Assembly (NCBI GenBank): GCA_035084275.1
Contig: CM068746.1
Span: 37,572,001 to 37,636,000 of the forward strand
Origin: Hydrolagus colliei
Lineage: Eukaryota
Length of the DNA stretch: 64,000 nucleotides
Reading direction: 5' to 3'
Shown: piece by piece, positions 38,151 to 48,680 of the stretch
Layout: each line of letters opens with the position of its first letter
How positions within the stretch are numbered: position 1 is the first letter of the stretch
Program-made: the position numbers and the translations under genes
The notes under the pieces: model-generated
The model's input: the letters and a program-made list of their open reading frames with translations, nothing else
Database searches by the model: none
Told to the model about the DNA's origin: nothing

Positions 38151-38359
38151 AGTGGAAAGGCAGAGCAGGTAGCAAAGATTCCTTAGACCAAGTAGAATAC
38201 AGGTTTACATAAGAAATGTTCTTCTTCCATAGCCAAGGCGATATTGAACAGAAAATACTCTCACAACCCATTTTTCTCTTCAATCATTTTGAACAATTTG
38301 TAGACATGTAGGCATGTCTACAAATTGTTCAAAATGATTGAAGAGAAAAATGTCTACAT

Positions 38360-38652
38360 GCTGCCTCCACTCAACTGGGTCCAGCCTCCTCCTTGTGCCC
38401 CAAATGCTCCATTCCACCATTGGTGGCAGTGTTTTCAGCCACTAGGCCCCCAAACTTTGGAACTCCCTCCCTAAACACCTTTGTCTCACCCCCTCCTTTG
38501 CCATCTTCAGGTCGAGCCTGAAGACCTTTCTCTTCAACCACACTTACTCACCTTCCCCCTCTCCCTTGCTCGGCCTTGGGTTCCGCCATTATGAAGCGTT
38601 CTGAGACGCCGCCTGGAGGGCACCATATAATTGCACGTTCTTGTTGTTGTTG
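38360..38652 (+). mobile_element. L2 family-2-like 3' end, diverged
   Basis: ctttggaactccctccctaaacacc...gaagcgttctgagacgccgcctggagggcaccatata...gttgttgttg. Confidence 0.75.
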
Positions 38653-40309
38653 CTCCACAAACTATTTAAAGTTTCAGCTTCGAATGAAATGGTTTCACAA
38701 AATTGTAAATTTAAAACCATCAGTGCCCAAACAAACAGCCATAATAGAACTTGAAAAGTATAACCACTACTTCACACCAAAGCAAATCATTCCTTGTAAG
38801 TACTGCTTACCAGATAATAATAATCTTCATTCAGTTAAGCTTCAGTGACATCTGGCAACAGCTGTGCCCTATTCATTCAAAATACTGTATGTACATCAAG
38901 TGCAAATGTACAATACCTGAAATCGCTTTCGCAACATTGGACCGACTGAAAACTGCATCTACTCACCAAAATAGATAAACAAAATAAGAAACTCGAGCTA
39001 TTCCATTTCGTATTCTAGAGATTCCTTTGAATAGGCTGGTTCTGTTTCCCCCATTTTCAACTACTAAACCATGAAGAATTTGCACAATTCTTTAAGTATT
39101 TTCTCAATTTATCAGAGTATTTGTGGATATCATGCCCCGCAGCTTCCACATAGCACTCACTACAGAGCCATTCTAGCAATACCCAACAATGCACTGTACG
39201 CTAAATTTAATGAAAAGCAATCCATCTGAGAAAGCTTTTTTTCCCACATTAAATACTGACTGGCTCAAACCGACTCAATCCAACACACTGGCTAACTGCT
39301 GAAACTTTCATGCAAAATAAAACACTCAAATACTGAGCGAATAGAACGAAGAAAAACAAGCAAGGCAGACAAAGGAATAATAAACTTGCAGGCAAAATTC
39401 AGGCAATTTAATGCGCTCAAAATTATTTTTGAAAAATAAAGTCGGAATAGCTGTCCTAAAGCCAGCTGCATTGATGATGCATCACTGATCTCGACTGCAC
39501 TTACTATACCTGCTCGATGCTAGAAGACCCATTGGTGATAGGAACTCAGTAGCTAGCTTGCAGAGTTTTGTGAAGGCCATCTATTGGGTTGGTAAATAGT
39601 TGGTTGAAAGTGAATACACCAAGAAAGAAAAGCTTCTTGTTTAGTTAGGAGAATCGGGCAGTTAACCATCCAAATCTTCCTAAGCTGAACTGCTACTGCA
39701 GCTCTGGTAAAATGCATCATAAGGTTTTTTCTTTTCCTTTAGGGACTAGCAGTGAAATCTCACTACTGCGCTGCTTCCACACAGAAAGAAAACAAACACA
39801 GGTAGAAAGAACAGCCGACTCCCTCGCCTGCCATTCAGGGATCTCAAACCTGTTTTTATATGGATGGAAAAATCGAACGACTGCATATACAGAGTAAGAC
39901 TGATAGACAGGCAGCACCTTTTCAAATATGCATTCTAATATTGATACCAATTCCTTTCCTTTTCCGTTGCAAAGACAAACAACTCACTTCAGAATTAATG
40001 CTCTTCCTTCTATTCACTTTATATAATGAGATTCACAATCAAGCAAATTGGACACACTCCATCTCGAAATAAATGTTTGTCATTTTAGCATTAGATACAA
40101 ATCTAGGCCAATAATGTGCTCATCACATTATGCTGAAATTAAAAAACATCATGAATTTTCCTGTGATTTTTAGTGTGGGCTGAATAAAATGTATGCTGCA
40201 GGGTACTATCTACGTCATTAGAGTGGATACTGTACAGCAATGTCGCTCAATTTATTATTGATAACCATCAGAAAGAGACACATACATATTGTGATACACA
40301 AACATAATA

Positions 40310-40576
40310 TGGAGTTCTGTAGCTCAGTGGTTAGATCATTCGCCTCACCAGCAGGCAAAACGTTGGGCAAGTTTCCTTATTCCAAGGGCCTCTGTTCACC
40401 TAACGGTATCTAGGAACCTGGTTGTTAGTGGATTGGTGGATCATTTGTCCGGGGATAGTAACCTCTTCAAAAAAATAAAACTGATAATTTGGTCACTTAT
40501 TATTAATTTGAGATACTTTGAGAAGTCTCAAAGAAGTGATAAGGCACTATATAAAATGCATGGATTATTATTATTA
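40310..40576 (+). mobile_element. SINE family A with internal deletions
   Basis: ggagttctgtagctcagtggttaga head, gcctctgttcacctaac body, tail ataaaatgcatggattattattatt. Confidence 0.82.
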
Positions 40577-41299
40577 AAGATAAGGAGCAAAATGTTCAGC
40601 AATATTAACCACAAGTCAGTGCACTGGATCCCAAAAAACATATGATTTTGCGCAGTTATATATTTGCCAAGCAAAACTGATTTTCCTTATTTTTATTTAC
40701 AGATTTACAATACTCATTTTCTGTAAACGGCAAATCCAACTCTGTACATATTGGCTCTAGAGTCGTGTTTCAGATTGTAAACTGGTAAAAATCTGAGTTT
40801 TAAAATGTTCTCCAAATCAAATGTATTTGGATTGTTAAAACATTTTTTTTAATTGTTTTCGACTACAAATAAGCAGGGGAAGAAGGAAGTCAGAAAATGG
40901 TTATAAAAACATAGATAATATCCATCAAAAACTTTTAAAGATCACATAATAGCAATCTTCTGCATAGGTTAGCTGCAACAAAAAATACTCGATTACTATA
41001 ATAATAATCTTTACATTTGATATAGTGCTTTTCACGTCTTCTAGACATCTCAAAACGCTTCACAGAATATACTGTAAAGTGAATTAACCGCATTACTGTG
41101 GACGAAATGTGTTACTGTGGTACATTCCCGTTCTGACTGACTGTATAATTCCTGTTTTGACTGACTGTATGATGATTTAACACCAATATGGTTGCCCTTA
41201 AGCAATTTAGATTCATACAGATTTTAAAAAAATTGGTCAGTCAGGTGTCTGAGACATGCGGAAACTAATCATCATGCTTCATAGTAACCAAACCAAACT

Positions 41300-41711
41300 G
41301 AATCCCATTATATCCCTATGCGTGCAATTTTCCAAGGTATTTATTGGAATGGAATGCACACTCTTTCCCTAAAGGGACACATGGTAATTCTGGAGAGTAT
41401 TTGGCGCAGGTTGGCAATTGCCAGGCTTGAGTATACCCCAGAGCACTCTCTCATGGGTAGGATACTCCTAGCTGGACAAGCAGTGAGAAAGCTTGCCAGA
41501 CAGCAATATCAATGGCAAGTTATGTGGTAGGTGTATGTGGCTTTAGCTGAATAGGTTTCAGCAGACCCCAGAAATTTACCCCAACACACAATTTGGGATC
41601 TGCAAACCTTGGCTCTTACCAACCTGCGCCAGATACTTTCTGTAATTAGGTAAGCAGGATGCTTCCTCCATCCCACGCGCAGTCCATTCCAACAATCTAT
41701 CTCTGGAATTG
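41300..41711. mobile_element. Family X copy with about 100-bp imperfect inverted ends
   Basis: Left ...ttggaatggaatgcac...gagagtatttggcgcaggttggcaa versus reverse complement of right ...ttggaatggactgcgc...gaaagtatctggcgcaggttggtaa. Confidence 0.7.
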
Positions 41712-42110
41712 ATACGGGTCCTGGAATCAAGGGTGGAGGCAGCAAGATAGAGTTGTGTGTCATCTGCATATATGTGGACATTGACTCCAATGCCTTTGTG
41801 TGACATCACCGAGCGGGAGCATATAAATTGTAGTGAGGCCTGAGGAACACTGCAAATCATGTTGCGGGCTGGAGGAGAAGCCATTTGCAGATGCAAAATG
41901 GAGATGATACGAGGTAATAATGAAACCAGACAAGGACAGAACTGTGACAATGGAGCTAAGAGAAAAGGTGGTAGAGAAGAATAGAATGATCAACAGTTTC
42001 AAAGACAACAGAGAAATCAAGAAGGACGAGGAGGCAAAGAGAGCCCTGCTCACAGTGAAGCAAAGAGATTTATCCAAGGAGTCAATTTCCAACTTCATGA
42101 ACAGTAAGCG
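41712..42110 (-). mobile_element. L2 reverse-transcriptase fragment
   Basis: GVNVHIYADDTQLYL (YADD catalytic motif) and LLSLKLLIILF / TVLSLSGF segments, frameshifted. Confidence 0.85.
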
Positions 42111-42284
42111 ACTCATTTCAGTCACTGTTGCTGAATGCAGCTGTTGCACTTCCATAAAAATTCTATGCAACTAGTAAAGATTTTGAGTAGTAGTGACTCA
42201 AACATTTGGCAGAAATCCAACCTGTGTGAATATTAACCGAGACATACAACAAGCAGTTCGGCTCAGAGCCACTGGTGTAGGAAA

Positions 42285-42685
42285 AGTCAGCTTGCTTTAG
42301 TTGGTAAGGTTAAGAGTTTGTTAATTCAGGACTAAAGAACATGTCAGGACTTCAGCTCATAGTCCAGGCCGACCCTGCAGTACAGTACTAAGCAGATACA
42401 TCAGAGCAAGCGTCATCCTTTGAATGTACAGTAACATTAAACCAAGGTCATTTCTACCTGCTGGTGGAAGATAAAAATTAAATGGCTATTTGAAAGGAAG
42501 TGGAAGTTTCTGCCAGTATCTTACAATATTCCATATTATGGGTTGGTCATTCACTTTGTGGCTATTTGGGGGATTTGTTGTGTGTGAATTTGGCAGCTAC
42601 ATTTACCTACAATCAGTTAGTACACATAACATTATCTGTGAAAAGCTTTCTTTGATGTTTAGGCACTAAATCAAAAGCAAGTACT
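42285..42685 (+). mobile_element. Degraded Deu-domain SINE
   Basis: acattaaaccaaggtcatttctacctgctggtgg...ggtcattcactttgtggctatttgggggatttgttgtgtgtgaatttggcagc. Confidence 0.65.
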
Positions 42686-42769
42686 GGCAAGAGCTACAAA
42701 TGGCTAACAGGCCATATATAAATTTAATTAACAGCTATAAAGAATAGTCAACAAGCATATAAAGTAACA

Positions 42770-43185
42770 GGTTATCCGTCACAAACCAACTGGAATTTTT
42801 TAAGGAAGCAATTAAGCTGCTGGATGAGGGTTACACAAGAGAGGCAATTTACTTACGATTTTGAGAAGGAATTTGACAAAGTTAAAGATGTAGGATTTTT
42901 TTTAAAAAACCTTAAAATCTCATGGCATTAACAGCAAACTTATTATCTGAACTGTAAATTAGGAAGCAGAAGGTGACAATTACTTTAAAAAAATACTCTG
43001 CCTCAAATATTAGGAGTCAGAACTCGATCCCAAATGACCATACTGTTCATGAATATGGAATACGTACTTCTTGTTATATTAAATTTGCTGATGAAAGAGC
43101 TATGTGGTCTAGATTGAAAATAGATTTTAAAATATTAAAAAATTTGGACCAATTGAGCATATGGGTTAAAGAATGACATGTAGAC
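42770..43185 (+). mobile_element. Degraded CR1 RT fragment
   Basis: Remnants of TNxLEFF, DEG, IYLDFxKxFDKV and aaatttgctgatga (KFAD). Confidence 0.7.
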
Positions 43186-43894
43186 TTTTAAAGTATGTCA
43201 AGCTATGCCATTGTTTAGCGCTCCATAACATGACACCACTGAAGAGCACAATAGAAATGCAAATTGTTATATAGTAGTTGGCTTTGCTTAAAATAAACAA
43301 AGGTACAGCTATTAAGTAATTTGCGGGACTGGAAAATGCAAATACTGTATCTTGACCTTCAAATTCTTTCTGCCTCCTACTAGTGGATTAAGAGTGTGAA
43401 AAAATTATGTTGCTATCCATCGCACAGAAAAAGATTTCAAGAATTACCTGGCTACTGATCTGATTTACTTCAACCAAGTACTGCATGTACATGGAAAATT
43501 GCTCATCCATAAAATGAGCAGAGCAAATATGAAAATGATCTAGTATTAAGTTTGCAATAATGTGCCAATTATCAGTACAGTACTTTGCTTATTGGGATTT
43601 TTAAACTGGCAATTTCATTCAACAGCTAAACTGATAGCCTAAATGTGAGATTCGCAATGCAATAGCTTGCATAGATTTAAAAAAACATATTAAAACCAGT
43701 CACCTAATTTTTGCTATATTATTCAATGAAATATAGTATCTTCAAATTTGGTGTGCTGAATGATAATCATAATGATTATGTGATTGCTGAACTAAGATGT
43801 CAACTGTGCATTACACTTCCTCTGGATACCTGGATAATAGAAAATTCAAACACTGTAACAAGTGTTGCAACAAATACAGTTATTATATTAAAAA

Positions 43895-44290
43895 TAATTT
43901 GGTCACTCAATCCACAAATGTTTGTGGAACGCTGCTGTGCGTAGTTGGTTGCCATAAAATATACAGTCTATTCACTTTACAGCAGTGGTTTCCAAACTTT
44001 GAATAGCGGTGCCTCCTCTAACTCAGCAACATTTTAATTGTGCCCCCCACCCCCCTCCTTTACACTCAGCTCCTCTGCTCCGACTCGGCTCCACTCGGGT
44101 CCTTGGCTTCGCCTCAGCTCCACATGCACTTGGGGGCTCGAGACGCCACACCAGCCAACGGTATGTGCCCCCCAAGGGAGGTGCGCCCTACGGTTTGGAA
44201 ACTACTGCTTTACAGTATATTGTGTGAAGGGCTTTGAGATGTCTAGAGGATTTGAAAAACGCTATATCAAATGCAAAGACTATTATTATA
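43895..44290 (+). mobile_element. SINE family A 3' half, interrupted by a hAT MITE
   Basis: aatatacagtctattcactttacag | tatattgtgtgaagggctttgagatg rejoins to the SINE consensus when the insert and one TSD are removed. Confidence 0.88.
43983..44207. mobile_element. hAT (Charlie-like) MITE, 225 bp
   Basis: 15-bp TIRs CAGTgGTTTCCAAAC / GTTTGGAAACtACTG. Perfect 8-bp TSD CTTTACAG (43975-43982 and 44208-44215). Confidence 0.93.
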
Positions 44291-44534
44291 AATTCAAATA
44301 CTATTGTGCTGATTTAGGGTCACTGAAAAGTAGTGCTCTCCAATTGAGCAGTTATTTTTTATGAAGAATAAATTGGCCAGATGATATATAGAATACATTT
44401 AGCTGAAATAAACATGTGAAACAGAGTGTAAAAATAACATATTTGTACAGTTAAAAGCTCACCTTGGAGTCACCCCAAATATGCAGTCAACTTGCGAATC
44501 TAGCCTTCTTTTCCAGCATCCATACTACAATAAT

Positions 44535-44878
44535 TGGCATAACATTTGATTATAGCCTCCTTATCATGTCTTTGCGACGTCTCAAAGCGATTCACAAAAT
44601 ATATTGTAAAATTACTTGATTATATTTTGTGGGTGAAATGCGGCAGCCAATTGTGCACAGCAGTGTCCCATAAACAATCCTGGATTAAAATAATCCTATT
44701 TTGTTGAATGAATTATTATCCCTGGAAAAGCAATCTGCCAATCAACTAACAACCAGGTTCCTACTAACTGAGGCTTGTGGAGTAAGGAATCTTGCCCAAC
44801 ATTTTGCCCTGCTACGAATTGAATCCAGGTCTCTCATTTGCAAGGCAAGTGCTCTAACCACTGTACAAGAGGACTCCA
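44535..44878 (-). mobile_element. SINE family A, full length
   Basis: Head ggagtcctcttgtacagtggttagagcacttgccttgc, with body and tail as in the other copies. Confidence 0.87.
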
Positions 44879-45680
44879 CGTCGTATACTCAGTTAGGTGG
44901 CTAACCTGAAATTCAGACTTGCGGTCATCGATTGGCAGTCGAAACTGACGTTTATTATTCACTACTCAGGTCAGAGTGATTGGCCCCAAGGCCTTTTGTG
45001 CCCTACGATTAAAATCGCAAATCTGAATGGAGTAGGCGCCTGTCTGTTTGCTGACCTTGTTAAAGAGTTGTCACTGTTTTTAAAACTTTCAGATTTTACA
45101 GTATTGTAAAACCCCATTACAGGTTACAAATCTAACACTTAATTCACCATCCTGCAAGATTAAATGGACTGAAACCACAAATCTCTTTAAAGTTTAATAT
45201 TATGTCATTCCCGTGGGCCCTTGCATTCCAATAAAGCATTCTTCTACTTCGCACTACTTTCAAGAAAACCGATATCAAACCACCACATATACTTCTTGTA
45301 ATGAACTACGACCAATGTAAGACTTCCTCATGTAACCCGATAGGCAGTTTTATTTCACAATCTATATCAATTTGCAATGGCATATGTAGCACAACAATAT
45401 CTAAAGACACACTTCCAAATTTTTTACAATCTTTAAATAAATTGACAGAAATTGTAATATAAAGGGATAAAAGTATACGTTGAGCTATATTCTTCTTCAT
45501 AACTCTGTATATGGGTCAGAATACTTAGTACATAAAACCAGGACAAGTCCCTATATCACATCAGAATCCACGATGCAAACTGGTCCCAAAGCAGTTTATA
45601 ATAATAGCAGTTGAAAGGGGACAAAAGAATAGATGCAACAACAACAACAAAATTACATTTGCATAGCACCTTTCACGAGG

Positions 45681-46375
45681 ACGAGGGACAACTTCCTTCA
45701 ACTAAATATCAACAAGAATGAGGCCCTTCTGACTGGCTCGTGTCAGCGCCTCCGCACCTCAGGCACTGGCAACATCAGCATCCAAGGCTGTACTCTCCAT
45801 CTCTCGAAGCCAGTCAGGAATCTGGGCGTTTTGTTCAACCCTGAACTGTCCTTCCTATCCCAAATCCGCTCCATGACTGGTACTGCTTTCCACTATCTTT
45901 ACAACATTGCCAGACTGCCTCCCCTACATGCTGCCGAAACACTTGTTCATGCATTCATCAAATCAAAGCTCGACTACGGGAACTCTCTCCTCGTTGGCCT
46001 TCCCAGCTCCTCCCTTCACAATCTGCAGATTATTCAGAACTCTGCAGCTTGTGTACTCACCTGCACTGGGCTCCGCGAACACATCATTCCCGCCCTCACC
46101 ATCGGAGGCTGGGCCTTCAGTTTTTCCGCTCCCACCCTTTGGAACTCCATCCCCCAATCCACCTTGTTTCCTCCATTTCCTCTTTCAAGGCCGGTTTGAA
46201 GACTTTCCTTTTCAACCGTGCCTTCTGTTCCCCCCCTAATTCTTCTACCTCCCCTACGTTTCTTACCCCCTCCCAGCTCGGGTCACACGCCTCCTGTGCA
46301 GCACCTTGGGACATCCTCCCGACGTGAAAGGCACTCTATAAATGCAATTTGTTGTTGTTATTGTTGTTGTTGTTG
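45681..46375 (+). mobile_element. L2 family-1 3' region with internal deletions and a (TTG)n tail
   Basis: RDNFLQLNINKNEALL...VRNLGVLFNPELSF...SKLDYGNSLLVGLP...WAFSFSAPTLWNSIPQS, ending gacgtgaaaggcactctataaatgcaatttgttgttg. Confidence 0.92.
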
Positions 46376-47529
46376 CTCATACCTCTAATGTGAAGGATTG
46401 ATAAACTAAAAATAATTAGAGAAGAAAGCAATAGAAAAATAGCTTGCAGGAAATGGAGATGGTGTACGGGGGGGTGGGGGGAGAAATGGACAAACACAAA
46501 TATTTTTCTCAAAGCTAAAGCCGGCAGAGTATCTTGACACAGTGATATGTTGAAGTGTGAATGTGAGAAGGGCAATGATGTGTTTTGAAGCTTAACAACA
46601 TGAGAAGCAGGTTGACAAGAGCCAATTCCTGGGAACCTCTGAATGTGCATTTGAGTACTGCTAAAATTTAACCAGCTAAAATTACACAACTTGCCATTGA
46701 AAGTAGTTTCTGGCAAGCTTCCTGTTGCTTGTCCAGCTATGATTACCTGTTAGGGTTTTGGTTTGCAGGGACAAGAGCAGAGTGTGAAGATTCGCTGGTG
46801 CCAGTGTCCATTCTGCCACTCCAGGCTGGTTGGCCAGGCGTTCAACACTGAAGACTCAACTCAGAACTTGAACTATCAAGACAGTTAGAGAGAATTAGCT
46901 GGATTTCAATGTTCCATTACCAAGCATGTCACCTTGCAGCCAGTTCAGCATCAAGAAGACCCCTCTTAACTCCTAAAGAGGATAGTTGCCCTCTAGAGTC
47001 AAGTGACCTACCAACACTCATTGCCAAAGTTCACACAGTCATTTGATTAGGATACCATAAGAAAATCAATGTTTGTGGTACCACACCCCAGCAAGAGGAA
47101 GCCAGGGCCTGGAAGTAGTACAGTACAGTACAGTATACAGTATACCAGTTGGAAGGAATTTTTTAAAAAAAATTGGACACACTAACATTATGTATAATTT
47201 TTTTTAAAGAGACATGTTGAGATTTTATGCACACCAAATAACATATTATAATTGGGTTCTACTGCAGATATTTCACAAATTAAATCTGATCAAAGTCCAG
47301 ATTCAGGCATAATGCCTCTGGAACCTTAACACAAATAAGGTGGCAGTATTGCATGGGTTAAAGGACAACCAGGCCAGCCAGGCAAGATACACACTAAGAT
47401 CCTCAACTTAACAACCACAGATAGGAGTTGAATCTGGTTAATATGCAATAAGAGCCACAAACTCAGCAACTATACCCAGCAACTGGTAAAGTGGTAAACT
47501 GAAAGCTGGTAAACATTATCTTATTATTG

Positions 47530-48020
47530 AAAAAAAGGAGAGAAATGCAAAATTATAAAAATGAATTATAAATCAGTTAGTCTAGCAGCTGTAGTGGAGA
47601 AATGCAAGAATATTATATCAATCATACAAAACTATAAGCAACAGTCAAAATAAATTTCAAAATCAATAGGTCACGTCTCATGAATCTACTCTAGTTTGTG
47701 ATAAATACAGTAATTATGAACAAATGGTTGAGGGCTATTCAGTGGATATCACTTACTTTGATTTTCAGAAAGCCTTTGATGAAGTTTCACATGCAAGACT
47801 TTTAATGAGGTTGAAGATAATACATCAACATCAAATTAACTAAATGTATCAAAAGCTGGCACAGTGTTGCAAAACTAAAGTTAGTAGCAAATGGAAAAAG
47901 CCTTATTGGCACTTTGGCAGGACTGTTCTATATCTTCTATTCACACAATTGTCAGTAATTTGGATGAGAGCAATTCCAGTAATATTTCACAATTCGCTGA
48001 CACCAAGCTTTGTGGGTAGG
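47530..48020 (+). mobile_element. Degraded CR1 RT fragment
   Basis: aattataaatcagttagtcta (NYxxVSL) and gtggatatcacttactttgattttcagaaagcctttgatgaagtttcacat (VDITYFDFQKAFDEVSH). Confidence 0.78.
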
Positions 48021-48219
48021 TGATAAATAGAAATCGGTAACTGGCATTCAAGGAGGATTCAGTATGGATATGGGTTTCCATTCAGATGAATGTTATTGAA
48101 GCTGAAAACAGTGAATATAAAAGGGTCCCCATTAGAAGAGATTACAAAGCGAAGGGATGGAATTAATAACTAATCAGTTTACAACTTGACAACATTTGAC
48201 TGCAACCAAGCCATTATTC

Positions 48220-48680
48220 TCTCTTTATAACTCAGGCTCCTAATTCCAGCTATCAATTTTGTTGTCTTTCACCAACCCCTTTCTATTAATAAGATAAGCC
48301 GAATTGTACATAATACTCTAAATTGGCTGGACTAATATTCTGAATAATTTCCGAATAATTACATCTATGGTTCACATCTATACTTTTAGCTCTACAGCTC
48401 TTACCTGCCCCACACTGGTTTCAGCAAACAATGAATCAAAAACTCCAATTTCTTTTCCTATATCATTTTCTATTCACTAAACCAATTTTGCTTGTATTCC
48501 CTTAGTTTACTCTGATCCAAAAAAAGTCATCACACCTCATTTGCCAGCATTAAACAGCATTTACCATTTGTCTGCTTTTTTCCACAAATCAACCAAATAG
48601 CTCTGCGTTTACTCAATTATTTGCAGCTTACCCAGTTTGCTATAAACAAACTTGAACAAGTTTCAAATCATTTATGTGCA
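48220..48680 (-). mobile_element. Degraded CR1 fragment, opposite orientation
   Basis: cacctcatttgccagcattaaacagcatttaccatttgtctgc reads ADKWxMLFNAGK on the reverse strand. Confidence 0.55.
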
